Shown one piece after another: positions 9,816 to 20,121 of a DNA stretch of 64,000 nt (its first letter is position 1; each line of letters opens with the position of its first letter). The DNA lies in assembly GCA_027492205.1 (NCBI GenBank), contig JAOZFN010000007.1:283278-347277 (forward strand), written 5' to 3'. A model generated the notes under the pieces. The model was not told the DNA's origin, made no database searches, and saw only the letters and a list, made by a program, of their open reading frames with translations. Source of the DNA: Thermoproteota archaeon. Lineage in GTDB: Archaea > Korarchaeota > Korarchaeia > Korarchaeales > Korarchaeaceae. Position numbers and translations under genes: made by a program.

Positions 9816-10721
9816 CTAGAGGATCATGGGGGGGGTCGAGGATGGTGACTCAATCATCGAGATCACCATCTCTATGAAGTCCGACCTGGGCACATCCGGA
9901 CTGCCCAGAATCACGTAGCTGACCTTCCAGTCCCTAGAGAAGAAGAGCGCGTAGTGGGTGAAGAACGGCACGCTCCTGTCTTCAACTATCTTAATGTACA
10001 CCTCAGTCTCGTTTATATTTAGTATCATTTTATCGGATTTAGGTAACAAAATTCTAACATAACTCCCGTCCCTAAGCCAGAACTCATAGTACAGGGTGCC
10101 GTTCCTTTCAGCGAGTTCGACCTTCTCGATGTCGCTCGGGTCGATGGTCGGATCCCTCTTAAGCAGGAGATCAACCGGAGAGGCCTCAGCCCCAATGTAC
10201 TCTCGAAAGGCGTCTATGGTCTCTCTTCCACCTTCTCCACTTCCGTGGGGGGAGTATTTAGCTATGATGAGTACTCCGCCAGCCCCCATTACGTCCTCAA
10301 GGGTATACCCTTCGCCGAGTCTCCGGGGAGCATAAGTGAGATAGACCGCGACGCCGCTCTCCCCCTCCTCAAGTCTGACATCCACCAGCCTGAGGGAGTG
10401 GGGCACGCGTCTGGGCATCTGGAGTCCAGACGGCATTGAGGCCAGTGCCTCGTCTAGCGGCACACTTTTCCCGGGGACCGGCTCTGGGGGCGGGGCCCAT
10501 GCAACAAATGACCCACTTCCGGACCTGTGATTGCTGTCATTCGCCTGTTTACCCAAGTCCCGCGGATCTACCCCTAGCGGAGAGAATCCCAGGGCTTTAG
10601 CGGCTAAAATACAAAGGATTAGTGCGGCGGATGCGACGATCACTAATATCCAGGTTCTGCCTTCTGTTTTCAATTCTAACCACCGCATCGACTCTCCTCT
10701 GAAAGATAAATTCTGCATCAT
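9816..10721 (-). CDS. Membrane-anchored hypothetical protein
   Basis: 301-aa ORF with a single N-terminal TM helix; lower GC than its surroundings. Confidence 0.6.
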   Translation of the reverse strand: MMQNLSFRGESMRWLELKTEGRTWILVIVASAALILCILAAKALGFSPLGVDPRDLGKQANDSNHRSGSGSFVAWAPPPEPVPGKSVPLDEALASMPSGLQMPRRVPHSLRLVDVRLEEGESGVAVYLTYAPRRLGEGYTLEDVMGAGGVLIIAKYSPHGSGEGGRETIDAFREYIGAEASPVDLLLKRDPTIDPSDIEKVELAERNGTLYYEFWLRDGSYVRILLPKSDKMILNINETEVYIKIVEDRSVPFFTHYALFFSRDWKVSYVILGSPDVPRSDFIEMVISMIESPSSTPPMIL

Positions 10722-10936
10722 CTCAAGCCAGCAGATTAACGCGTACGGGGGCCTATACGTCGCTGCGTCCTCGCCTACCTCACGATAGTTCTCCGAACTC
10801 AGTCCAGACGCCAGGCCTCAGAGCGTCGCAGGGAAACTGGCGCCACTTGAGGAGTCGTTCACCCGTGCCGAGTGGGGGCAGCGCTCTGCGGCAAGCACAC
10901 GATTCACTCGAGCGTCGGGAGCGATCTCGGCAGCCG

Positions 10937-11731
10937 TCAGTCTATTGTCGTCCTCCCGAACACCGCTATCGAGACCGCCGTGAACGCGAGCGATAGCACC
11001 GCCAGCAGGGCCAGGTCCGTCCAGAGGCCAAGCTCCCCCACCCCTACCAGCGCGGCCCTGCACCCGTCCACGCCGTAGGTGAGCGGATCCACGTAGGCGA
11101 GGTAGCGCATCCAGTCGGGCATCGTCCTCAGGGGGTAGAAGGCCCCGCTCAGGAAGAGGAGGGGCATCGAGAGGAACGTGTTGATGAGCTGGAATCCCTC
11201 CATGCTCCTCATCCTAGAGCCCAGCACTATGCCCAGGGAGGTGAAGGTCAGGGAGACCATCAGCATGAACGCCACGGCCAGCGGGATCCCGGAGAGGCTC
11301 ACCTGGGGTGCGAGCAGGGAGGTCATGACCAGGATGATGAGCCCCTGTATCACGGCCGTCGTGGTGTCCCCGAGGGCCCTGCCCAGGATCGAGGCGGACC
11401 TGGGGACCGGCGCCACCAGCACCTCCTTGAGGAAGCCGAACTCCCTGTCCCAGATCACCGAGATGCCGGACATGAATGAGGTCATGAAGACGCTCATCAT
11501 GATCACGCCGGGCGCCATGAAGGACAGGTAGTCCAGCGAGGCCGAGCCCGGCCTGGCGGCGGCGAGCCTCATGGCCCCACCGAGCCCCATGCCGAAGAAC
11601 ACCAGCCACATCACAGGCTGGACCGCAGTGCCAACCACGCGGGACCTGGCCCTGAGGAACCTCCTGATCTGCCTGTACCACATGGTGGAGATCGTCCTGA
11701 AGTACGCCTCGGCGGTCGCCACCCGCATCAC
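10937..11731 (-). CDS. ABC-2 type transporter permease (DrrB-like)
   Basis: 'ISVIWDREFGFLKEVLVAPVPR', 'LFLSGAFYPL...PLTYGVD'. Confidence 0.92.
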   Translation of the reverse strand: MMRVATAEAYFRTISTMWYRQIRRFLRARSRVVGTAVQPVMWLVFFGMGLGGAMRLAAARPGSASLDYLSFMAPGVIMMSVFMTSFMSGISVIWDREFGFLKEVLVAPVPRSASILGRALGDTTTAVIQGLIILVMTSLLAPQVSLSGIPLAVAFMLMVSLTFTSLGIVLGSRMRSMEGFQLINTFLSMPLLFLSGAFYPLRTMPDWMRYLAYVDPLTYGVDGCRAALVGVGELGLWTDLALLAVLSLAFTAVSIAVFGRTTID

Positions 11732-12735
11732 CTCCCGGCCCTCCTCATCCTGGCCATCCGCCTCATGCGCACGTGGTCGAAGAAGCTGGCCTCCTCGTCC
11801 CTCAGGCTCCTGCCCGTGACGTGGAGGAACACGTCCTCGAGGTCGGGGGTCCTGTACCTCACCTCCCTGACCCCCACGCCGAGGGACGAGGCGAGCGAGA
11901 CCGCCGCAGGGATCGCCTGCGCGGCGTTCTCGGTGGATATGGAGACGGTGCCGTTCAGGGCCCTGACCTCAGATCCGAGTCCCTCCCGCCGGATGGCCTC
12001 GGCCAGCCTCTCCGCCTCTCCCGGGGGATCGACCGCGACGTACACGACCTCCCCGCCGACGATGGACCTGAGTTCGTCGACGGTCCCCACGGCGACTATC
12101 CTCCCGTGGTCGATTATCGCGACGCGGTCGCACAGCCTCTCGGCCTCGTCCATGTAGTGGGTGGTGAGGAAGATGGTCAGCCCCTCTCTACGAAGGGCCC
12201 TGATGTACTCCCAGATCCTGGCCCTGGTCTGCGGATCCAGGCCGACGGTGGGCTCGTCCAGGAAGATCACGTCAGCCTCGTAGAGCAGCGCCCGGGCTAT
12301 CTCGAGCCTGCGCATCATGCCCCCGCTGTACCTGTCCACCGTGACGTGCAGCCACCTCTCTATCTCCGTGAACCTGGCAGCTCTCTCTATCCTCTCCGCC
12401 AGCTCGTCCCTGGGGATGCCGTAGAGCCTCCCGTGTATCCACAGGTTCTCCCAGCCGGTCAGCCTCCTGTCCAGCGTGGGGTCCTGGAAGACCACGCTTA
12501 TCCTCTCCCTCACCCTGTCCGGCTCCGCCACGACGTCGTGGCCAGCTACCCTAGCGGTGCCCTCGGTGGGCCTCATCAGCGTGATCAGCATGTTGATGGT
12601 GGTGGTCTTGCCGGCGCCGTTCGGGCCGAGGAAGCCGAAGATCTCGCCCCCATCCACCCTGAAGGAGACGTGATCGACGGCCGTGAAGTCGCCGAACCTC
12701 TTGGTCAGGCCGTCCGCCTCTATCGCCGCGCCCAT
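11728..12735 (-). CDS. ABC transporter ATP-binding protein (DrrA-like)
   Basis: Walker A GPNGAGKT, signature YSGGM, Walker B IFLDEP, H-loop TTHYM. Confidence 0.95.
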   Translation of the reverse strand: MGAAIEADGLTKRFGDFTAVDHVSFRVDGGEIFGFLGPNGAGKTTTINMLITLMRPTEGTARVAGHDVVAEPDRVRERISVVFQDPTLDRRLTGWENLWIHGRLYGIPRDELAERIERAARFTEIERWLHVTVDRYSGGMMRRLEIARALLYEADVIFLDEPTVGLDPQTRARIWEYIRALRREGLTIFLTTHYMDEAERLCDRVAIIDHGRIVAVGTVDELRSIVGGEVVYVAVDPPGEAERLAEAIRREGLGSEVRALNGTVSISTENAAQAIPAAVSLASSLGVGVREVRYRTPDLEDVFLHVTGRSLRDEEASFFDHVRMRRMARMRRAGR

Positions 12736-13159
12736 GCTGGATCGCTAAAATGCTCGGGTCCGATATATTATACTTCTACCCGAAGTTGAGAGGGAGGGGA
12801 GAGTGCGGCGACAGGGTGGAAAACCATGCTCTCCCTCTTGACGCGCTCGAGGAGATTCGACATGTCAGGATAAAGGAGACGCTCATCCCCCTTGAGTGAT
12901 TTTGAGTAGGCTCTGGGCTGGGGCCTTCCGGTGGAGTACCCTGTCCCTCCCGCTTGACGCGCACGCACAGAGAGAGGGTTATGTACACAACTGGCTTGAG
13001 TCCAGGTAGAGACCCCTACATCATCTACGCCTTCGCCAGAATGCTCTTCAAGCGGCCAGTCTGGGCCAACATCAAACTCTGAAGACCGAGACCCGAGTAC
13101 GCGGACCCTTTCTTTGACCATGGTTATCAATATATATAACCTAGGTATACACAAGGGAG

Positions 13160-13813
13160 ATGGGTATCTACCGAAGGATACCTCTGGCCAAGATCCTCAA
13201 GGGCAGATTGCTGAGGATAGCAGAACTCCAAGATGTCCTGGTAATGGAACTCTCCAAGAGGTTCAACTTCATCCTGCACGGCGGCACGGCGGTGTGGAGG
13301 GTGTACGGGGGGAAGAGGTTCTCCATAGACGTAGACATCTATTGCGAGGAGCCAGGGGAGCTGGCGAGGGTGCTCAAGTCTCTCCCAATCTTCAGTGTGG
13401 TCAGGGCAAAGGTAACCCCCTCGGAGGTGCTCTACCTCAGGGTGAGAGACGAGTCGGGGGCCGAGGCAGAACTCAAGGCGTCTCCCCCGTCTGAGGAGGT
13501 CGAGACCACGGAGGCCGACTACTGGATGACAGACGGTGGTAGCCTAGTAGTCAAGACCCTGACGCCCTGCGGGCTCCTCCGGGAAAAGGTGAAGGCATTC
13601 GTGGGAAGGAGGAAGTCCAGGGACCTGTATGATGTATACTACCTGCTCGACCTATGTGAGGAACGCGACGCCAGAGCCAGCGTGAAGGCCCTTCTCACGC
13701 TCCTCGACAGCCCTCCCGAGGACTTCAACGGTCTTCGAGAACTCATATTGATGGGAAGACCCCCCAGCTTCGAGTCCATCGTTCGGAAGGTGAGGCTCTA
13801 CGCCCAGGCGTAA
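13160..13813 (+). CDS. AbiEii-family nucleotidyltransferase toxin (type IV TA)
   Basis: 'LHGGTAVWRVYGGKRFSIDVD', 'EKVKAF..R.KSRDLYDVY'. Confidence 0.88.
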   Translation: MGIYRRIPLAKILKGRLLRIAELQDVLVMELSKRFNFILHGGTAVWRVYGGKRFSIDVDIYCEEPGELARVLKSLPIFSVVRAKVTPSEVLYLRVRDESGAEAELKASPPSEEVETTEADYWMTDGGSLVVKTLTPCGLLREKVKAFVGRRKSRDLYDVYYLLDLCEERDARASVKALLTLLDSPPEDFNGLRELILMGRPPSFESIVRKVRLYAQA

Positions 13814-13817
13814 GTAC

Positions 13818-14417
13818 ATGGATCTCTTGGAGAAGCTGCGAAGCTCAAGCGTCTTCACCTTCAGGCTCGTCGAGGGGGTCGTCGGGCGGGCCTACGCCAA
13901 GGTCTTGATACACAACCTCCGCAGGAGGGGGGAGATCGTAGAACTCCTGAGGGGAGTCTACACATTCAAGAAGTCGCCGTACATGATGACCAAGGCCCTT
14001 CCGAAGTCGTACGTGGGCCTGGGCGCCGCGGCTTTCCTCCAGGGAGCTTGGAGCCAGGTCCCCGTGATGACGATCCTGTCGCCGCTGGTGCCGACCGCAG
14101 TGAGGGGGGGCGAGAGGAAGATCTGCAGGAGCGCGGTAATCCTCAGGAGGATCTCCCCAAAGATGTACTTCGGATACCATCTTGTGTGGGTGGACGAGCT
14201 GGGCGAGTGGGTGAGGGTCTCCAGCCGAGAGAAGACCCTGCTAGACGTGATATACATGAACTATCCGTTCGCAAGCGAGTTAATCCCAAATCTGTTGGAG
14301 GGGGTAGATGAAGAAAAGCTCACGAGATACCTCGGGGTGATGAGGGAGAGGCGAGTCAGGGGGTTTAAGAAGGTCTCATCGGAGCTGGAGAGGCTGGGTC
14401 TGGGGGTCAGGGCTTGA
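13818..14417 (+). CDS. AbiEi-like antitoxin/transcriptional regulator
   Basis: N-terminal wHTH 'LRRRGEIVELLRGVY'; 'SYVGLGAAAFLQG', 'VSSREKTLLDVI'. Confidence 0.8.
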   Translation: MDLLEKLRSSSVFTFRLVEGVVGRAYAKVLIHNLRRRGEIVELLRGVYTFKKSPYMMTKALPKSYVGLGAAAFLQGAWSQVPVMTILSPLVPTAVRGGERKICRSAVILRRISPKMYFGYHLVWVDELGEWVRVSSREKTLLDVIYMNYPFASELIPNLLEGVDEEKLTRYLGVMRERRVRGFKKVSSELERLGLGVRA

Positions 14418-14922
14418 CCCGCCCTCCAGCGGCCCGTGGATCTGACCGCTTCAGGGACTCTCGGTCAGGTCGACCCAGCGTGGGAGGGGGCCGTGAAATC
14501 CTCTCGATGGCGGCGAACAGGTTTAGGGAGACGTGCAGTACCACAGACGGCCACACAGAGTGGGGGGTGGAACAGCCCGAAGGCCAGAGCCGAGACCAGG
14601 GCCGCAGGCCATCCCCGATGATCGACGAGAGGTGAGAGATGAGGAGCCCCTGCAGGTGAACTCCCCGGCAGCCCTACGTAGTAGAGCTTGTTGGGCAGCT
14701 CTCTCGCCTCCTCCGCCAGGGGCCTCAGCCTCGGGGAGACCCTGCAGCGACCCATCCGGCACGAGATGATCGCGAGCGCCGTGTGGATCCCCAGGTCGAG
14801 GGGGTACGGGAGGGTCGCGAGGGCCAGCCCAAGCGCGGCTGCAGGGGCGAGCCACCATGTAACCCCCGAGGCTGTGGAGATTAGGATCGGAGCGACCCCG
14901 CAAGAGGTACGTGGCATGAACG

Positions 14923-15027
14923 GCCGCCCTGAGGCGCCTCCCCCTAGCCACCCAATCCTCCAGTCTGAGGGAGGGTCTGACGAATAGGACCAAGGCCGTT
15001 GGGACTGCCAGCGCGTAGATCGAGGCG
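14923..15027. repeat. 105-bp direct repeat, copy 1
   Basis: Matches 15991-16095 with 2 mismatches. Confidence 0.92.
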
Positions 15028-15162
15028 TTTTTGTTTTTACATAAACTCCGAAGTATCAGGGAAAAAAGGAAATCTTAAATACCCCATATGGCACGCTTGA
15101 CTGGCGCTTCAGGGGGTACGTGGGAAATCGATCCAGACTCTCGACCTCCGCGAGGTGGTTGA

Positions 15163-15441
15163 ATGGATGAAATAATAGACAAACTAGTTTCCATCTTGAA
15201 AAAGCATGGGGCCAAAAGAATTGAGATATTTGGCTCATACGCCAGAGGCGAAGCGGAACCCGGGAGCGATCTAGACGTCATCGTTGAATTTGAAGGAAGG
15301 AAGAGTCTACTCGAACTCGTGGGGATAGAACAGGAGTTGGAAGACGCCTTGGGCATAGAGGTAGATTTGCTCACTAGGGCGTCTATCAGCCCATACCTTA
15401 TAGAGAGAATTAAGAAGGAATCTAAGGTGATATACGGATGA
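15163..15441 (+). CDS. mntA: Minimal nucleotidyltransferase (MNT/MntA) antitoxin
   Basis: '[22 protein letters not shown]'; AT-rich compared with the flanks. Confidence 0.92.
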   Translation: MDEIIDKLVSILKKHGAKRIEIFGSYARGEAEPGSDLDVIVEFEGRKSLLELVGIEQELEDALGIEVDLLTRASISPYLIERIKKESKVIYG

Positions 15442-15788
15442 AAAAGAAGGACGATTCAGTATTTCTCAGACATATCCTAGATGCTATTAACCTAATAGAA
15501 GAGTATCTTAGAGGTAAAAGTTACGCGGATTTTAAAAGCAACCGCATGCTACAGGATGCTGTCATAAGAGAAATTGAGATAATCGGAGAAGCTGCTAAAA
15601 ATCTTTCAGCAGAATTTAGAAACAGACACTCGAATATACCATGGAGGCAAATAGCTGGGATGAGGGACAAGCTCATACACGGGTACTTCGGAGTAGATTT
15701 AGATGCTGTATGGGTTACGGTGACAAAAGACGTCCCGGCATTGAAAGAGAAATTGTTGGAGATAATAGGGGAGGAGGAAGAGGGGTGA
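15438..15788 (+). CDS. hepT: HEPN/DUF86 (HepT) RNase toxin
   Basis: 'IGEAAKNL...[21 protein letters not shown]' with the RxxxxH(xY) motif; 4-bp overlap with the MNT gene. Confidence 0.92.
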   Translation: MKKKDDSVFLRHILDAINLIEEYLRGKSYADFKSNRMLQDAVIREIEIIGEAAKNLSAEFRNRHSNIPWRQIAGMRDKLIHGYFGVDLDAVWVTVTKDVPALKEKLLEIIGEEEEG

Positions 15789-15990
15789 GCGATAGGGAGA
15801 TTCCCACCCATTATCCAGAAGGCCCAGCCAGACTTGACCAGCGCGACTATCGTCTAGACGGCTATCCTCGTGCCCTCGATCCTGACAGAGCTCCGAGGAC
15901 CCCCGGCGTCTTGACCACGGGCATCCAAGCCTCTAGGCTTGAAGGCAGGGAAAAGCAGCCTCCATCCCTATCGCGCGCGTAGCGTAAACT

Positions 15991-16095
15991 GCCGCCCTGA
16001 GGCGCCTCCCCCTAGCCACCCAATCCTCCAGTCTGAGGGAGGGTCTGACGAATAGGACCAAGGCCGTTGGGACTACCAGAGCGTAGATCGAGGCG
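15991..16095. repeat. 105-bp direct repeat, copy 2
   Basis: Matches 14923-15027. Confidence 0.92.
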
Positions 16096-16188
16096 GCCAG
16101 GGCCAGCAACGAGGACATGCAACTACGAGAGCTTCGGCAGATGGCTGCCAAATAAGGAACCCCTACTCGCCGGGCCCTGAGCCAGCGC

Positions 16189-16622
16189 TCAGGGGTCCAG
16201 CCCCCTCTCCTCGGCCCACTCCGAGATGGACAACGCGAGCCTCGCGATGTCCACGTACTTCCTCCCCCTGAGCACCTCCCCAACTAACCCGAGGTCGACC
16301 GCCGCGTACTGGTGCACGACGACGTTCCTGAAGCCGACTATCCTCCTGAATAGCCGGGCGTTGCTCTCGTCTAGTATTCCAGCCTCTCTCAGGTGGCGAG
16401 AGACCTCGGAGTAGCTGGCCGGCACAGCTATCCCGGCCTCGGAGATCACGTGGGAGGCCAGGTCTGGTCTATCAGGGCCTGGGAGGCGAGCTGGAGCGCG
16501 TGAGGGGCCGCCAGGAGGTAGAATCAATCCTCCAAGATCTTCTCTACGCCCTCAGACCCAATGCGAGCGTCTAAGAGTTCGAGGTTCTCCCTAATGATCT
16601 GCAGGAGCCTGTGCAGCCTCAT
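16189..16622 (-). pseudogene. HEPN/DUF86 toxin pseudogene
   Basis: ATG 16622 'MRLHRLLQIIRENLE', in-frame TGA at 16524-16526, frameshift at 'agaccagacc'; C-terminal 'GFRNVVVHQY' HEPN motif. Confidence 0.8.
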
Positions 16623-17086
16623 CCAACCACCTCGAGGGCGCCCTCCTCAGCCTCTCCCCGAGCTCCATCTTCCCCAGGAAGACCGCGAAGTCCAGGTACT
16701 GAGAGAGTACCCTGTCTCGGAGGTTCGCGCAGAGATCCCGGCTCTCGCAGAAGAGGGGGATCCCCCTGACGACGGCCCTGTAGAGGAGTGGGGGGATTCC
16801 ACCGAGTCGAGAAATAGGATGTCCACCCTGTCCTCGGTCACGCCCGGCGCCCCGGTCACCGACTCAAGCAGGTCGGACACCAGCTCGAGCCTGTCGATTC
16901 CTCCCTGGGGAGCACGGCCACATCCACGTCGCTCATGGGCCGGCCGCTCCCTCGGCCATGGAGCCGAACAGGGTCCCCAGCCTCAGTCTGTCCGAGAGCC
17001 GTGACAGCGCCCTCCTCAGCCTCTCCAAGTCGCCGGCGGATAGGCCCAAGCCGGGGCACCGCCTCAGCGGGTTCCGGAACGGACAT
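16619..17086 (-). pseudogene. MNT antitoxin pseudogene
   Basis: Fragments in different frames: 'ILFGSMAEG', 'SDVDVAVL', 'RVDILFLD'. Confidence 0.75.
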
Positions 17087-17268
17087 AAACTTGACCGAAG
17101 CAAACGCGGATCAGCCCTCGCGAGAGGACTCGCCGCAGGAGGACCCTCGACCCCCCGCTAGATCGATTGCCGAGGCGCCAGCGACCTCGTCATCGGGTAC
17201 CCGGAGTCCCGGACCCTGACGAGCCACTCCCGGGGTCGATCTCACCTCACTCTGGCCCGCGCGAGCGG

Positions 17269-17808
17269 TCAGCGACGCCCCTCTACAGACCTCTTCGCCG
17301 CCCTGAGCACCTCCAGGCCCACCGCCAAATATCTCGGCCTGTGCCGCCTCAGCCTCCTCACGTAGTATCTCTCGTCGAAGTCCCCGACCGCCAGCCGACT
17401 GGCGCACACCTTGACGGCCTTCTGCACGTCTCCCCTCTCCTCCCTCCCGGCCACCACGAACAGTATCACCAGGTCCTCCGGCGAGACTACAGGACAGGTC
17501 CCCCAGCCGGAGCCCAGCCTCACGAGCCTGCTCCTGGAGAAGACCTCCTCGGTCAGCTCGAACTCGGGCGGCCTGAACACGTCGAAGAAAGTGCCCCACC
17601 TCTCGTGGCGGAGCCTGTAGTGCCAGTGCCCCGGCTCGCTCGGCTCCGGCTTGAACCCCTCCTTCTCGGCCTCGACGATGAGGCTGGAAGAGGCAAGCTC
17701 GTCTAGGTCTGCTAGGAAGTCAACGTCGACGGTGAACTCGGGCTCCGCGTAGACCGCCAGGGCGACCCTGCCGGCCAGGGCGTACCTAAGCCCTGCGCGG
17801 CTCAGCAC
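17269..17808 (-). CDS. Nucleotidyltransferase (DUF6036/AbiEii-like); the start may be slightly further upstream
   Basis: 'YALAGRVALAVY...TVDVDFL...VVSPEDLV...REERGDV'. Confidence 0.7.
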   Translation of the reverse strand: MLSRAGLRYALAGRVALAVYAEPEFTVDVDFLADLDELASSSLIVEAEKEGFKPEPSEPGHWHYRLRHERWGTFFDVFRPPEFELTEEVFSRSRLVRLGSGWGTCPVVSPEDLVILFVVAGREERGDVQKAVKVCASRLAVGDFDERYYVRRLRRHRPRYLAVGLEVLRAAKRSVEGRR

Positions 17809-17857
17809 CCTCCTCGCCCTCCTGAAGGTCTCCCTGAGCGCCCACGGCTCCGGAACC

Positions 17858-18130
17858 CTACTCCCCGCCAGTCAGGGCACCCCCCATCGAGAGCAGGAGC
17901 TCGATCCACCTGGCCGGCTCCGCCGTCAGCCCGCTGTCGGGATCCACGTAGGTGCGCTCGTAGAGCCTCCACTCCTCCCCGGACCGTCTGACCCGCCTGA
18001 GGCGCTCGATCACCTCCGCGGCCCTCCTCCCACGCTCTCCCGCCCCGAGGTAGAGCCTCCTGACCCCTACTCCGGGGACGTAGGTGGTGTAGTAGGCGTA
18101 GCGGCCCCTCGCGTACCTCAGGCTACCCAT
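17858..18130 (-). CDS. Small basic hypothetical protein, probable antitoxin partner of the nucleotidyltransferase
   Basis: 'RYAYYTTY...VRRLYLG'; TATA and an inverted repeat directly upstream; adjacent to the NTase gene. Confidence 0.55.
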   Translation of the reverse strand: MGSLRYARGRYAYYTTYVPGVGVRRLYLGAGERGRRAAEVIERLRRVRRSGEEWRLYERTYVDPDSGLTAEPARWIELLLSMGGALTGGE

Positions 18131-18138
18131 CGTGGGTG

Positions 18139-18157
18139 TACTAACTTAATGTTAGTA
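18139..18157. promoter_or_regulatory. Inverted-repeat operator overlapping the TATA box of the 18130 operon
   Basis: tactaac-ttaat-gttagta, overlapping minus-strand TTTTATA. Confidence 0.6.
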
Positions 18158-18274
18158 TAAAACGCGCCTCCTCGGCGAGCGACGCGCGCCTCGCCCGTCC
18201 ATCTGAGAGCCTCCCTCACCCCGTAGAGTCGCCTAGTCAACCCGAGGTAACGGTTCTGTTACCCCCACGCGCGC

Positions 18275-18766
18275 TCAGAAGAGCACCAGCCACGCGGGGA
18301 CGTACACAGCGCCTCTCTCCTCGGAGACGCCCGGCCTCAGCGTCACGACGTACGTGACGTCGACCCCGAGTTCCTCGGCGGCCCTGGCCTGCCTCCTCGG
18401 CAGCCTCTTCCCGAGCCCGACCTCGAACGCCACCCTCCTCCCGGCGGCCTCGAGCACCAGGTCGACCTCCCCGTCGATCCACCCGTAGGCCAGCGAGGCC
18501 GCCCTCCTCGTCCCGACTATCCTGTGGAGCCGCGCGGCGACTGCCTCCTCCGGCAGGGTGTCGGACTCGAAGCTCGCCACCTCCACCAGGTCCCACCTGA
18601 CCACCCGGTCGAGGACCTCCACCACGATCTCGGCGGCGATCTCCCTGTTCCGAGCCCTCCGTTGTGCCATGTCGAACCCATTGGCCCCCTCCCTCATCGG
18701 CGGCGCCAAAACTCGAGCTCTGCGGTGGGGTCTCCGTCGGACCCGTGGGCCTCGCCTCGACCTCAC
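18275..18766 (-). pseudogene. C-terminal DUF4143-like fragment of an archaeal AAA+ ATPase
   Basis: 'EEAVAARL...GEVDLVLE...VAFEV...VYVPAWL'; no P-loop present. Confidence 0.55.
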
Positions 18767-19311
18767 TCTCCGTCCTTCAGCTCCGGGTACATCCTGAGCG
18801 CGCTCCTGGCGGCGGCCACTCCCAGCTCCGTCAGGTGGTACCGGCCGGCCGACTCGGTCACCAGGCCCAGCTCCAGCGCCCTCTCCAAGGCCGGCCCCGG
18901 GAGGAGCTTCACGGCTCCGTCGGGCGAGTCGGCCCCCAGACTAAGGAGCCGGACCAGGAGGACGTCCACCTCGTCGGGATTCGGGAAGTAGAGCTCCCTG
19001 ACCCTCCTGGCCACCTCCTCCGCTGGCAGGCCCTCGAACCTCCTCCTGAAGATTATCTTCCACTCCCTCCCGTCCCTCAGGACCTCTATGGCGAGGCCCC
19101 TCTCCCAGAGCCTCTCCTGAAGGCTGACCATGAGCTTGGCCGCCTTGAGGATCGTCTGCCAGCTGGCGTCGATCCCCAGAGACCTGATCGAGTGTGGCGT
19201 GAGCCCCTCTCCAGGTTTCACCTTGGACCCGAGTTCGGCGAGCTCCAGCGCCACCTGTGCCAGGCTCTTCCTCCCTCCTGCGGCGGTCCGGGCCTCGGCT
19301 CTGATCCCCAT
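18763..19311 (-). CDS. Hypothetical winged-helix protein
   Basis: C-terminal 'LERALELGLVTESAGRYHLTELG' wHTH wing. Confidence 0.6.
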   Translation of the reverse strand: MGIRAEARTAAGGRKSLAQVALELAELGSKVKPGEGLTPHSIRSLGIDASWQTILKAAKLMVSLQERLWERGLAIEVLRDGREWKIIFRRRFEGLPAEEVARRVRELYFPNPDEVDVLLVRLLSLGADSPDGAVKLLPGPALERALELGLVTESAGRYHLTELGVAAARSALRMYPELKDGE

Positions 19312-19347
19312 CTCCGGGCCGGAAGGGGTCTCGACGAGCTAAAATAC

Positions 19348-19368
19348 TTGTGTAAGTGAGTTACACAA
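19348..19368. promoter_or_regulatory. Palindromic operator between the divergent wHTH genes
   Basis: ttgtgtaa-gtgag-ttacacaa (8-bp perfect inverted repeat). Confidence 0.65.
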
Positions 19369-19661
19369 TTGTGGAATATGGGCTGGAGCCCCACGAGGAG
19401 GAGATCCTGGTCAGGATGCTGAGGGAGGGCTTCGTCGGAGGGGCCTACTCTTCCCTGGAGAGGGTTGCCAGGGCGATAGGGTGGGAGGAGGTGGCCCGGA
19501 GGTACGGCGTCAGGGCCAAGTTCAAGTCGGTCGCCAAGAGGCTCGTCTCCAGGGGGCTCCTGACCGACCACGGAAAGAGCATGAGGGTGCTCTCCCTCAC
19601 CAGGGACGGCGTGAGGGTCGCCATGGCGCTGATCGAGCTGAGGGAGGGCTCTGAGTCCTGA
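19356..19661 (+). CDS. Small winged-helix DNA-binding protein
   Basis: 'KSVAKRLVSRGLLTDHGKSMRVLSLTRDG'. Confidence 0.6.
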   Translation: MSYTIVEYGLEPHEEEILVRMLREGFVGGAYSSLERVARAIGWEEVARRYGVRAKFKSVAKRLVSRGLLTDHGKSMRVLSLTRDGVRVAMALIELREGSES

Positions 19662-20121
19662 CCCGGTCTGGCTACCCCCGCCTGGGCCGGCTTGACCTGC
19701 TGGATTTACCCGCCCTACCCCCGCCGGCTATAGTCCTCAGGTGTCTGGCGGCCTCGTAGGCGCCACCCTCCCGTCACCCAGCTCGGATTTTGACCTCCGG
19801 CGGGTGGAGGGGGGCGGCCCGGAAGGGAGGCCCGACCCCAGAGAGGACGCGGGAGGTAGGGAGAAGAGAGGGAGAGGAACGAAGGGAACTGGATGGAGAG
19901 ACGAGAGCCTGCGGGAGAGGTCAGAGGCGAAGGAACAAAAGAGGGGGAAGGGGAGAGGGCAGAGGCCGGCGAGGAGCCAGGCCACGAAGCGAGGGCGCGA
20001 GCATGGCCTAGACGGGGGTCTCCACCACATCCCGCCCCCTGAGGAATATCCGGCAAGCGTACGGCGAATGTTTCCGCCGGGCTGAGGCGTCGACCCAGCC
20101 GCAGAGCCAGGGCGCGGGGGG

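Noticed and set aside
12768-13154. Possible decayed HEPN gene
   Set aside because: Similarity too weak to support by eye
16524-16526. Selenocysteine TGA in the HEPN gene
   Set aside because: An additional frameshift and a broken partner gene indicate a pseudogene
19810-19835. SRP RNA helix-8-like GGCCCGGAAGGGAG
   Set aside because: The flanking CAGG/AGCA internal loop and the rest of the 7S structure are not evident
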